Below, one piece after another: positions 50,478-62,831 of a stretch of DNA of 64,000 nucleotides. The number at the start of each line of letters is the position of its first letter. Positions within the stretch are counted from its first letter, which is position 1. A model generated the notes under the pieces. The model ran no database searches. It was not told the DNA's origin and worked only from the letters and a program-made list of their open reading frames with translations. The translations under genes were made by a program, and so were the position numbers. Location: NCBI GenBank assembly GCA_029717555.1, contig JAMDHS010000053.1, forward strand, positions 1 through 64,000, written 5' to 3'. The stretch comes from Peribolospora baueri (taxonomy: Eukaryota).

Positions 50478-52545
50478 ATGTCGGAAGTGGACGGTGCTCC
50501 GAACGTGAGTCGAAGAGCGTCCCAGGACTCTTCATGCAAGCCGTGGGCGTGGTCAGCCACTATCGACTGAATACACGGGTCATCTCGGACAGGTACTAGA
50601 AGCTCATGTCTCCGACGTCCGCCCTCTCGCCTCGCTGCTCCGAGCAGTGAGCTTCAGCAAGGTGCGAGTGACCCGGAACGTTTGGTACGGATGTATGACG
50701 GAGACAGTGATAGCTGAGAACTGATATGGAAACGGCCACTTTTTGTGTACCGTCACATCGCAGAGGGCGACCGTGGTTGTGTCGGATGCCGGGCTTAAGA
50801 TCACCACCGAGAACGCGAGGTCCGTGCAAGGTAAGAAGGGGGTCAAGTCAAGGTCTCGAGGACCGTGGCTGGAAGCTCGCAGATCTGACTTGCTCACGCG
50901 TGCATGCTCCCGGGACATGGTTTATTACCTATATACAGCTCATGCTTACCTCCACAAGACCATCTTCTCAAGCTATCGATACCATTCTCCCTCGCAACCG
51001 TCTTCCACAACATCCGAGTCGCTTCCAAACGCGTCGATATCCCCACAGTACGATGAGGAGCCCATTGCATTTGAGATCCATCTGCCTTCCTTACTCGAAT
51101 GTCTCAACATCTTCGGCGGCGCGGGCCCCAGCACAGGCTTCGCGACGGCGGGATGGAGGGAGGGAGGGGACGCGATGGGAATGGGCAGGGGAAGAGGCGG
51201 TTCGAGGCGGAGAGATGAGTTTGATGATGAGGACGGGTTTAGGCGCGAGGGGATGGGAGAGGGAAAGACGACGAGCATGAGCATGATCTATGCCGGCGAG
51301 GGCGAACCTTTGGAGCTCGTGTAAGTCTTTTCCTTCTCTCCCCATTTCCATCTCGCCGTTTCTTCGACGCTTCCTCTTCCTGACTGCTTCCATGTGCACC
51401 CTATTAGCCTGGAGGAAGGAGATGCGACTACTCGGTGCAAATTGACGACATATCAGCCGGATGAGCTGCTGAGCTTTCCGTTTGACGATACCAGGAGAGT
51501 ACAAAAGGTTATCATGAAGGTGAGCGCGAAGGTGACAGTGCGGGCGACCCTTCCTCGTTGGACAGAAAACTGCTCGGCCTTTCCGTTAGTAATCGGCGAT
51601 TTCTTCCTCTATACCAGTCCGAATGGCTTCGAGACGCCCTTTCGGAGCTCGATGCTTCATGCTCCCAGCTCACGATCAGCTTCAACCCTCCATCGTCCAC
51701 TAGTTCTCACGCGATGCCTCGACCAACGTCATCCACCGCAGAAACGGGGACAGAGGCGTCTCAGATTATTGGAAACCGTAGGGGGACGAAACAGAAGAGA
51801 AAGGAGAAGAGGCCCCTGTTCCGGATCACGGCCGATGGAGACTTTGGATCTACGGAGGTAAGTCGCCCATGGCAATGCTATGCAGTGCAACTGAGTAGTA
51901 CATGGTACGTGTCCCGATCGAAATGTTGCCGTTGCTTTTCACCTGGTCTAAATCACTCGCAGATGGACTTTCCTAACGATCGCGACGTCCTCGAATTATT
52001 CGAGTGTATCGAGCCGATCGAAAACAGGCGAGCACCTCAGTCGTCTTCACGAATTCGGAACCGTGGAACAATGGCCGATGGAGTGACCGCCGGCTGACCT
52101 CGCCTCGCTTCGGTCTTACCCCGCGTATGTCACATCACCCAACCCAGCTACAAATTCACTCACATCTCCCACGCTCTGAAAGCGCTCCAACAGTCCATCA
52201 AGACCTCCATTCGCACGGATGACCAGGGCCTCATGAGTCTGCAGTTCATGATGCCCGCAGGAACTGGAAGCGCAGGAGCTGGGTCTGGGCTTGCGTCGTC
52301 AGCTGCGGGTAATGGCGTGTCGGGTAACGCGATGGGAAGGGAAATGGAGGCAGCTGTCAAGGGAGGACATGGTTTCGTCGAGTTCCTGGTTAGTCCTTCA
52401 CTTATTCCTCTTCCGTTCGAGCTACACGTCCGTGCAAAGCTAGGGACGTGGCGGGATTCCTTCATGCTTCACGACAGTGGATCTTACTAGCCTCCTCTCT
52501 TCTTACCGCACCGTTCAGTGTCTGCCGCTCGAAGACGACGACTGA
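50478..52545 (+). CDS. RAD1: Rad1/Rec1 subunit of the 9-1-1 checkpoint clamp (multi-exon)
   Basis: VSDVRPLASLLRAVSF, AHAYLHKTIFSSY, LLECLNIFG, TTRCKLTTYQPD, KVIMKSEWLRDALSELD, MDFPNDRDVLELFEC, SIRTDDQGLMSLQFMMP, FVEFLCLPL. Confidence 0.92.
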
Positions 52546-53348
52546 TTTCCCGAGGTCATGCATGCGCTAGAACCGGCCGCCGTCCTTCACCCATTCTTCG
52601 CCTTCCCTTCCTCCGCTCGTATTCGAACCGCACGTCTGGGCATTTCGGCATTCGTTATCCGATCGTCGCTTAGTCACCATCTGGTATCCACTGCCCGGTA
52701 TCGTAGGGCGCCCGCATCGTCAACCAACGTTATATTTCACCCTGGCCATCTAGGCGTCGACCCGTCCAAGCTTCATCGTACGAGCGAGAGACGGAGAGGC
52801 GGCGGAACGGCAGGCTTTTGAGCATTTGGATCGGCTCGTACAAAGCCGATATGGACAGCCTGTTTGGCCTCCACGGGTTAGCGGGAGCACCTTGAACGCC
52901 GCCATATTGTGCTACCTTGGCGTTCGGAGCATGCCATGAGACTAGGCTTTTGACGATGAGGTTTCGAGGAATGGCCTGCAGGGCCGCTTCCCGGCGAGGC
53001 CCGACCGACGAGGAGGCTCAGATCGATAGGAGCGACACCGGCCTTTCGCCTCCTGTTCAAAGAGAGCGGAACCTTGTCTCCTGGCCTGTTCGCATCATTG
53101 CGTTGACGCTTCATGGAACAAGGAGAAGAAGCAGAGGTCGTACTCACTGAGGACGATTGACTTCTCGAATTTGGAAAAGCTTTTCGAGGCAGCGTTCGTG
53201 ATACCCTTGCAGCCCGTGCATGTCCATACGCGTACGTTGCGTAGACCCCGCTCCGGATGACTTCCTTTGGTCGTTGTCGGCGCCGTCGCTTCCGCTCTCC
53301 AATGCGCGAGCCAAATGTGACACGCCTATATCGGTGATGTGTGTTCTT

Positions 53349-53500
53349 AGGGGCGATCTGCAAACTCCTTGTATTATTGGTCGAGAGCCTTGGCGATCTC
53401 CTCCCGAAGGAAAGGTTGGCCAGGTGGCTACCACCCGAACCTCGATATATCTGCCGAGTTCTCGACCAAATACAAGGAGTTTGTCGATCGCCATCGCCTA
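53349..53500. repeat. Imperfect hairpin of about 150 nt in intergenic DNA
   Basis: GGCGATCTGCAAACTCCTTGTATTATTGGTCGAGA (53352-53386) pairs with TCTCGACCAAATACAAGGAGTTTGTCGATCGCC (53460-53492). Confidence 0.85.
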
Positions 53501-53967
53501 CCGGCTCCCCGGTACAAAGTCAACGACCTTGTATAACTTTCAACGAAGAACCTTCCAACCGTCAGACCTTCATGCAAGCTCTCCGAGCGCCGTCTCGGTC
53601 CTTTTCGCGTCTCATAATTTTGTGTCTGTTTTTCTCTCAAAGAAGGCTCACTCAGCTTGCCAGGGCGACAATCTTCTCATACGTCGTCCTAGGCGCTCTT
53701 CCACCTGTCTTCCAAATGGCTGATAGAGTACAGAACTTCAAAGGTGGTGAGGCAAGGTATCGGAGGTGCCAAGGTCAGGTGCGTGACGAAATGCCGACTT
53801 TCTCAAGCTGCCCGACGAAGAAATAAAACAACGACGTAAAGTGGTCAGCTCCGCGCTCGCATGCACTTCTCCAACCCCACGATTAGCTTTTGTACGAGAC
53901 GTGCATTTACCTTATTCTCTTCCACAGCGCCGGCCGTCACGACGCCGCGTGCTCTCTTACTCGCTTC

Positions 53968-54540
53968 TTACTTGCTGAGCCGCTTGTTTGTCCACACGTT
54001 CTTCCATTCCAAGCCACTGCGGATGACCGTCTGGCTGATTGGGCACCGCCGCTCCGTCTCATTCTTGAACCGTTCGAAGCCCTTTTCATCCGCGTCCGTC
54101 TCCACCTCCACCACAAGCTCCATGCTCTTCCAGTTCGCGTTCCCCTCTACCCCACGCACCAACACGGAAGGATCCAATTGCGCGTTCACGCTGACCTTCC
54201 ACTCGCCTAGCGTGATGCCGTGATCGCGCGCGACGAGAGAGCCCGTGACCTGGGTGCACGATGCGAGGGCGCCGAGCTGGTAGGCGAGCGGAGTGGGCGC
54301 CGAGTCGGCGCCGCCAAAGGAAGTGTACGCGTCTGCGGTGAACTTGTGCGCCGAGCCGGCGATGGAGATGTTCTGCGCTGCGCCGCGGCCGATGCCGGTG
54401 ATCGACATGGGGATGGTAGAGCCGTTCAGGCAAGGACGGCTAACGTGGAGGGCTCGAGTGGCCACCCGCTGATGGAGAGAGAATGAAGAAGCCGGCCGCA
54501 CGGCGGCGCGAGGCAAGAAGGCGAGACGGTGCAAAGCCAT
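53968..54540 (-). CDS. OsmC/Ohr-family protein with a probable mitochondrial presequence (intronless)
   Basis: GGADSAPTPLAYQLGALASC and ETERRCPISQTV (two conserved Cys); Arg/Ser/Ala-rich N-terminus with no acidic residues. Confidence 0.9.
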   Translation of the reverse strand: MALHRLAFLPRAAVRPASSFSLHQRVATRALHVSRPCLNGSTIPMSITGIGRGAAQNISIAGSAHKFTADAYTSFGGADSAPTPLAYQLGALASCTQVTGSLVARDHGITLGEWKVSVNAQLDPSVLVRGVEGNANWKSMELVVEVETDADEKGFERFKNETERRCPISQTVIRSGLEWKNVWTNKRLSK

Positions 54541-55499
54541 GCTGAGTTCTAGGGAACGAAGTTAGGAAGAGGCGACGTGACACGGGGTGGTTAGGCGAAG
54601 CACTCTCGATCTTCACTTATACCCTCTTGCCGAAGAGAGGGATGTGTGAGTTCTTGCGTGCTCCTGAAGAGAAATTGCCTCAGCATACTGTGCCGTCGTC
54701 TGTCATGTCCGCCTCCGTTATGCCTCCGGCCCGTGACCTGCGCAAGCTAAGGAGTCGTTGAGAGTCATACACCGTACTCCTCCTACGGGCGCCGACGTTG
54801 CCCGGAACGCTACTTGTATGAGTGTCACGACAAGGCTCGGCGATCAGGCCGGCCAGAGGACGAGGAGCGTTCAGGACGCGCTTGGCGAAATTGCCGTTGC
54901 GATGTGGACAAGTCGAAACAGGGTAAGCAGAAAAAAATCGCATCGGATAGCTGCTGTGTGGAGGCACATGGTGATGTCAGACACGGATGCTACACAATTC
55001 CCGGTCTCAACCGAGCTGGATAACGGGAGAATGATCGGAAATGATGCAGATAGTGGAATTGCCGCAGCGTCCACTCCTCAACTGCATCTTTCCATCTCCA
55101 CGATGGAAATAAAAAACGTAAGAAAACAAGTCGTATTCAAACAGATATATATGCTTGCGGATGATTTGGATCAGACGGATCTGACTTGGTGCTACAACAA
55201 GTGGCGTGACCGCTTTGCGGAGCTTGTGGGACAGTTCGAACGACGGTAGGACGGACAGGATCCGCGCGGCACAGGAGAAGCGAGGCAATGTCAGCAGGAA
55301 CGGAAGGAAGATGCACGCAGGCGGGCGTACGAACAGACAAAAAACCGGTCGTTGCGCCGGACCGCTACGCGGTACAGGGTCCGGGATCAAAAAGGGAAGA
55401 AAAAAGGGAGAGGCAGGAGAGGACAGTGCAGATCGCCGCAAAAAGATAGCTGCCATCACCAATAAAGAACCGAACGACCAACGAATGACAAAACCAGTC

Positions 55500-58302
55500 C
55501 TATGCCTTCCACGGCGGGGAGGGTACCCGATGCGGATCGTCATTGAGAGGGGCAGCTCTGGCACCCTGCACGCCCGTCAAACTTCTCAGTCCGTCGTCGA
55601 CTACCCTCGACGTGGACTTCGAGGGTGACCTCTCCGGCATGGTGAAGGCCGAGAGGGATTTGGGTAAGCCGCTGGCATCTCCTGCCATCGCCCCCTCGCC
55701 CGTCTCGCTCTCTGCTGAGATGGCAGGCGGCGCTGGTGCCGCCGTCTCAGCGCTGGGACTCACGCCGACGGGGCCGGCCTTGGAACTCTCCTTGATGGCA
55801 GGGAGACCGACGAAGCCGAAGCTACCGCTGGCGGGGGACCGGGGAGGTTTCCTCACGGGGCGCGGAGCGAGCTGGCCGCTGGCGGAGCGTCGGAAAAGCG
55901 GAGGCACCATCATGCGCTCGTTTTGCGGGAGCGACGTCTTGGGCTCGCGCTCGAAGCCGCTCGTTTCCCGCGTCGTCGTGGTGTACGTCGTGTATTGTCG
56001 CGTTGTACCGGAAACCGGGATCGCTGACGCAGCGATGTTATGTGAGACGGCGGGCACCGGCGTCGCTCCGTTATTGTCCTCCATGGCCGTGTCGGAATCG
56101 CGAGAGGCCAGGATGTTGGTAACTGGCCGGCCAGCGCCGGGAGCAATGGCAATGGGGAGAGAGCGCGCGTACGCAAAATCTGAGGCGTCCTGTTCGTCGC
56201 TCTCGCGCGAACCTATGAATTTGGGCGCGAGATCGAGAAGCGTCGCCAAGGACGGCCGGTCAAACAAGACGAAACGAAGGAAAAGACAGTGTGGTCAGCA
56301 ACGACGACGCTCACTTTCACCATTCTCCCGTCCGCAGAACTAACCTCTCCTGCCCCAACCCCACCCAAATCCGCCGTCGTCCTTGCCGTCGGAACGCTCC
56401 CTTCCCACGCGCGCCAAGCCGTCCGTAAATTCCCTTCTCCTCCTTCCCGACCACATGTTCCTATGACTCGGCGCATCGCTCGCCAACAGCCCGCTTAGCC
56501 TCAATTCCGCATCTACTGCCTGAGACCTGCCTACCGCGGACGTCGCATTGTTGGACCTCGGGCGCGAGCGGGATCGGTCACGAGAGGAAGACAAGGCGTC
56601 ATTGACAATCCCTTCGCTGCGTCGAGTAGGGGATCGCTGTCGCGCCAAAGCGCCCGTCGTGTCCGGCACGGGGTCGTAGTCGCTCGTGAGCGGCGCGGTA
56701 GTCGTGGCGTCGTGTGCGTTGCGCGAAGCGTGTCCACTTGCGCCGGTGGCGACGGCGGCGATAGTTTGGGAGAGCGAGCCGACGATGGTGGTGGAGTTCC
56801 TGCGGCCCGATTGGGTGCGCGATGAGGAAGGCTGGAAGGAAAGGACGCCGGCCCGATCAGTCTTGACCATCTGGGATGGCGTTGTTCCCGGGTTGGCTGA
56901 CTGCGACGCCAGAGTGGCGCCCGGTAGACTGTCAATCTCCTCCTCTTCGACGGATTCGGTATCGTCGTCTTCGTCCTCTTCACCGATGGTGCGGTCCGAA
57001 GGAGGCGTGGAGGACAGAACGTGCCCCTCCTCTTCCGTGAGCACCTCGTTTTCCTCATGTAAGTCCTCGTCCAGTTCAAATAGAGCGCCTGCGAGCGACG
57101 AAGAAGAAAATAAGCAGACGAAAGGTAAGCATAAAGCATGCTCGGGCGGCGTCAACAGAAGAGAGAAAGGCGACCAGCGCCGGCCACCCACCTTGGTGCT
57201 CATCGGGCAGCTCCTCCTCGCCCGTCTCGCCGCCGCCGTCCTCATCCACAACAATCGTGACCCCGTTAGCGTCGCGCGTTTGGGCCTTCTCCGCAAACAT
57301 GACTCGCTTCTCGCGTCCGTTCGGCGCTTGCGAACTGGTGGGGCTAGCAGAAGGGCCACTTGCTGCCGTCGTGCTCATTCCTGCGCCGGACGAGCGCAGA
57401 ACGGATGACGGCTTCGTCGAGGAAGCCGACGGGCCGCTGAAGAGTTTGGAGAGCTTAGAAGGCGGTGGCGTTGGAGGTCGGGCGGTGGGGAGGTTGCTCT
57501 TCCTGACCTTGCTGTCGCTCTTTCCCGTACTCTCTCGTACCTGCCGTCTCCTCCGTTCTTCTTCCTCCGCTTCCTCCTCCCTCTCCACGGCCTCGTCTCC
57601 CAGTACGCCCACCCGTCCCCTCAACGTCTCCTTCTTCCTCTTCTCCTCCTTCATCTCCCTTTTCCTCCTAATCTCCGCGTCCCTCGCCTCCAACTGCATC
57701 AACTTGAAGCTCATCGCGACGTCATACTCCTCCGGAGCAGCCTTGATTCCACCACCTTTGATACCCATCGCCCCGGCGCCCGCTCGACCAGAGGCCGCTC
57801 CGGAGGGCATGGAAATGCTCATTCCCGACCCTGTGGAGTGCCGGTGTGTGGTTGGGTCGGCGCCAGTGGCGCCTTGACCACCGACGTCGGTGGACTGCGA
57901 GAGGAAAGGCGGAGGTAGGCCAAAGCTGGGCGCCCTCCCCCTCGGCGCCTCGTTCTCCTCGTCGCCGGTCGTGGAGCTGTCGTAAGCCTCGATGTCACTG
58001 CTCTCCGTCGTGCTGGCCGTGGCGGCGTCGGTCTCCTCCTCATCCCCCTCGCCTGCTCTCCGCCGCTTCGACCTCCTCTGCTCGCGAAGCCACGCGGCTA
58101 CGTCAGCCTGGGTGCGTCCGCGGTTGGCGAAGGACATGGAGAGGGTGGAGAGAGGAGCGGACGTGGCTGCCTGGATGCGCGAGGGAGAGACTCGGGGGGG
58201 AAGAGCGAATGGGGGGGAGGTGGCATTCGAGGATTCGGCCATGGCGAAAGAGGAAGCTTGTGCCGCTGAAGAGGAAGGACCTGCTGAAATAGGCACCGCC
58301 AT
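55500..58302 (-). CDS. Uncharacterised Ser-rich disordered protein (multi-exon)
   Basis: Three long collinear ORFs separated by intron-like stretches; motifs KRVMF, LFELDED, YARSLPIAI. Confidence 0.75.
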
Positions 58303-58955
58303 TTTGGTCGTCCGGTAGCGTCGATCGGTGTCCGCTCCCCGCGTTACCTCCAGACGGGGACAGATGGCGGTGGTAGCGGCGCAGGCGAACGCAAGGGTCG
58401 AGGGGAAAGAGGGCAGACCGGATGTGGTCGAAGCGGCCTCCCTACGTATAAGTCAGGCGGAGGTGGGAGGAGACGAGAAGGTGGGGGGAAGGTGAGGCGG
58501 CCGATGGGCAGACACTGATAAGTACAAGTCCAGTCGGAAAGAGGGGCGTATCGAACGCAATCATGGAACTGGCTAGCCGGGCTACTGCCTCGCGACGAGG
58601 GATGGCCGGCTTTGTGGGTCGTCGTCGAGAAGAAGAAGACTGCCCGAGTCAGCCAGCCAGGCAAGCCGGTGAGAGTCAGTCGCCCACCGGCCAAGCACAG
58701 GCGGGGAAATTTTGAGAAAACGTGACCCGCTTCGGACAAGACCGGCATTAGGCGGGGTGGGGATGATGGTTCGGGCACGTGACGACTTCCCACGCGCTTC
58801 GCTCGTGGGCCCGCGGGTGCCGGCTGGCACCCGCGGTCGGCTGACAGACAACTGGACGTTGAGAAGGAACGACTGGCAACTTCCTCACCGCCAAGCTTGA
58901 ACAGACCAGACCAGCTTCTCAGTCGTCTTCGTTTGGTGCAGTCCGTTTTGCGACG

Positions 58956-60111
58956 ATGGCCGGACCGTCGTCATCCTCCTTTTCGCCTCTCCGACTTACG
59001 AGGATCCTCTTCCTCGCTTTACCCTTTCTGCTGAGCGTCAACGCGGTATGTCTTCTCCCCCGGTCCGTGTCACGCTCGCAATCCCCTCGCTCTTCTTCAC
59101 CCACTGTTCCTTCTCCCTGCAGCTGTATTTCTACCTTGAGGCGGACGAGCAGCGCTGTTTCTTGGAGGAGCTGCCGAATGATACCCTAGTAGTAGGTGCG
59201 TGCGAGCAGGGCCTGCCCGATAAATCTGAACCGGCTCAAACTCACAACCAACTTTCTTACACGGCCTCTCTTGGTTGCGACAGGGCACTACATGGCGGAG
59301 GAGTGGCAGGAGAGAGATCAGAAGTTTGTGATCAATCAGCATTTGGGGATCAACATCAAGGTCAAGGTGAGTCGGCGGCGATCCTCTCTCGTCGTTGGCG
59401 CCCCTCGTCCAAGGACGTTAGAATGGGCGCGATGGATGTAGGGCGTTATGGACCTCGCGCGTGCGTATCTCACTCACCATTGCGCACTCCGACCCCATTC
59501 CCCAACCTGCCACACTTCGGCACAGGAAGTGCACACGGACCACGACGTCGTGAACACGCGCGGCTCGACGCAGGGCAAGTTCACCTTCACCTCTCACGAA
59601 GCGGGCGACCACCAGATCTGCCTGTCGACCAATTACACCTCGACGGCATCGTGGATGACGTCGGAGCAAGCGCCGCAAGTGCGCTTGCACCTCGACATCA
59701 TCATCGGCGACGCCAAGCCGGACACCAGCCGCGACCGGGAGCACATTCGCGACCTCGCGGGACGGGTAAAGGAACTCAACTCCAAGCTAAGGGACATCCG
59801 ACGCGAGCAGCAGTTTCAGAGGGAGAGGGAGGCCGAGTTTAGGAACTTGAGTGAGGCCACCAACACCAGGGCCGTCTGGTATAGCATGGTCCAGATCGTC
59901 GTCCTCCTCGGCACGTGCGTTTGGCAGCTGAGGAACCTCAGGGTGAGTCGTCCCGACGTTCATCTCCAGCACGACATGCCCGCCGCCGCTCCTCAGACAA
60001 TCTTCCGAGTTTACGAAGGACCCACCCGAATTGACCATTGTCTCAATCGCTTTTGCCAACATGTGTGCTGGAACTCAACAGGACTTTTTCGAAGACCGCA
60101 AACTCCGCTAG
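58956..60111 (+). CDS. p24/emp24/gp25L cargo receptor (Erp1-like; multi-exon)
   Basis: Signal peptide, LYFYLEADEQRCFLEELP, GKFTFTSHEAGDHQICL, IRREQQFQREREAEFRNLSEATN, transmembrane segment, FFEDRKLR*. Confidence 0.95.
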
Positions 60112-60376
60112 CCGTCCTATCGTTTATATGTCCGTTATTTGCCTGTATGTCCGTCTGTGCCGTCTTTCACTCCGAAAACAGACACGATCCTCTCAGCTTC
60201 CTATCGTTAAATATCGCCGGAGGCCGCTTAGCCCGACGGCTGTCGCGACAATCGCACCTTCCTGGAGACGACGCACTGAGGAAAGCCCGTCTCTTCCATC
60301 ATTTTCATTCCCTCCTTGACATGACCATGAGCTAGTATATTGGTCGGTCGCATCGTCATCGCGAGCGGCCGGCCCT

Positions 60377-62350
60377 TCACGCCACAGTTTCCCACTGCAG
60401 GAAGATCTTCTCCCCGCTCCCACCGCCCATGCTCTTCTTGACCGCCTCGCGCACAGCTCTTCCGAGCTCTTCGTCCGATTGCGAAGGGGCACCGACGGGA
60501 AGGAGGGAGTGTTTGGGCGCAGAGAGCTGCAAGAGGTGGGTGGACGGGGCGAGGCAAGTCGGAGTGGTGTTGGAGGAAGTTTAAAAAATGGACGTTGGCG
60601 CCAGCGCCTGGAGTGAGTATGCGTGCACGCGCCTAGGAGGGTACGATGCGATGCGGGGCGCGGCGCGTTGCGTTGCGAACGAACGAACGCAGCGGATCGC
60701 AGCGCCAGACGGACAAAAAAAAAGGTCGGGACAACCAGTCGGAGAAAAACACACACCTCCCCGCGCTCGAACATCTCCACAAGCTCCGTCGTGAGATCTT
60801 CCCTCTCTACGCGCGTCTTCATCCAGTACCATCGAGCTGGGAAAACGCAAACCGGGAGCCGGAGGGGCGGTTAGCTTTGGCGTTCGCGCCCGAATCTCAT
60901 TCGAAAATGCAGGAGAACTGGAGGAGAGAGAATGACGACAGACTCATCCAGAAGCCCTTGCAGGTGATGTCCTTGAAGATGAAGAGCGAGGCTGGCAGGG
61001 TCAGGGGCGACATGGACATGGCACCGTAGGTATACATGAGCCCGTGTCGGCTGGGACGAGGATGAAAAGAAAGGAAGACAGGAAGGTCAGCGTCGTTTGC
61101 TCGACGGGCAAATCGCCCTTCGAGCGATGCTCCCCGCATGCGAAGGCGCGATCCCCGGACGTCGCTACTCACCCAAGATGGTGGGCCATGGCAGTCGTCT
61201 CCTTCCCGCAAACGCAGTTGAGCGCCAACTTGATCTGTCTGTCGTTCGCCCATTCCTTTATCTGTTTCGGACCGTTGTGGCTGTCGAAGAGCTCGCTGTA
61301 CGTCATTACGTGCGTCGTTTCGGGCGAGCCGAGGGATTGGAGGGATTGAGTTAGGGACGGGAGATCCGGTCTGATGGGAAAAACAGAAATAAGCGCAAGG
61401 GAAAGGAGGAGTTCGTCATCTCGACAAGCAAGATGGGTAAAGAGCTATTGGAGACGACGCACCTGTTACGGACAAAGTTGATCGTCTCGACGCCCATCTT
61501 GTGTGCGATTTGGATCACAGCTTGACCGACAGCGGCTTCAAGGCGCCGACAACAGCCAGCAGTAGTATGTTAGCACGCAGAGTCCTCCCGATGCGCGTGC
61601 TCAAGGTGACTCTCTTGCAGAATCGCTCACAGTTCGCCCCATTCTGCATGATCACGTCCCCCTCCTCGACACGTCCCTCTCTGAGCATGCAAAGCGCCGT
61701 AGCAGGGTTCACCATGAGTGTGGCCGCCTCCACCTGATCAATATCCTTCTTCTTCCCACGGGTCTTTCCACGCTCCACCCTGATGAGCTTTTCGAGGAGC
61801 AAGTCGGCGTGCGAGGTCCATGTGCCCACTTGGGGCAGTGAGGGGATAACCCAGTCACCTGGGCGGAAGTCAGCCTTGGCGGTTGAACTTGAGTCGGATA
61901 CGGCGACCACTTCGCCTACCCCTTCGTTGCCGCCAACGTAGGAAGGATTGGGGGTGCCGATGTTGTCCCGCTTTCGAGGTTTGGAAGGGTCTGCGATTTG
62001 TTGGTCGGCAGCGAGTGAAAAGCGCGCTTAATCTCCCTCCTGTCGGGCGTCCCGCGTTGAAAGGAGCTCGCGGACAACTTACAAACGCCCTGGACAACGT
62101 TGAAATCGGCAGGGTTCAGACTAGAAGTCAACCATTTGACCCGAACATGACCGGGCGCCAGCTCAGGGAGGTCAAACGTGTGCCCTCGCAGGACTTTGGT
62201 CGGGTCGCCGAAATCCTCGTAGACGATCGCGCGCGCGCGTTGGTGTAGCGGTGGGACGGTCATGAAGGTCCTCGCGAGCCGCAGAGCAGCGCTCCCCCCA
62301 TGGAGAGGAGCGCCGTTGCGAAGGGGGGACGAGAGAGCTGCTCGCAGCAT
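60377..62350 (-). CDS. ETR1: Mitochondrial trans-2-enoyl-ACP/CoA reductase (multi-exon)
   Basis: Presequence; LNPADFNVVQG, GGNEG, GDWVIP..GTW, AATLMVNPATALCML, MQNGAN, LALNCVCG, TYGAMS, FIFKDITCKGFWM. Confidence 0.93.
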
Positions 62351-62831
62351 GGTTCGGGTCGGTCGTCGTCGGTAGCGTCTTTTGATACCGATCGAACGGC
62401 AAGATTTGACGTCCTGAATGACGCCGCTTTAAAAAACTGTGCTGACTAAGCAGGAAGAATGGCTGCTGCCTCTGAACCTGCTCTGTATTCGAACAAGGCG
62501 AGCAAGGTGTCCATCTTTTCTTAATGCCTGGAAGGACTTGCTTAGCCTACGCAAAGCCGGGCCAGTCCTGTCATCGTCACTCACTCACGGTGGGGAGTGG
62601 GCGAGGAAGGCTGCCCGTCATGGGCACCACTGGACACACCACTGCTGCGGCTTCCGCCCGCTTCTTCTTGGCGGCCAATCTGGGAGTGCTTCTGCACCAC
62701 GATACACCTCGTAACGAGCCTGGGACGGGCTGGGCTCCTCTGCTCGCAAGCTTACCCTTTTTCTATGCTCGCGCCTTTCATCTCCACAACTTGCGGTCAA
62801 TCTGTCTCTCAAAAGATCACTCCTAGCGCCA

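Noticed and set aside
33777..52545. Apparent genome-maintenance cluster (ligase, ZW10, clr2, RAD1)
   Set aside because: Interspersed with unrelated housekeeping genes; no sign of co-regulation, so likely ordinary synteny
54758..55249. 163-aa plus-strand ORF as a gene
   Set aside because: No recognisable motif or splice support; cannot be supported without expression data
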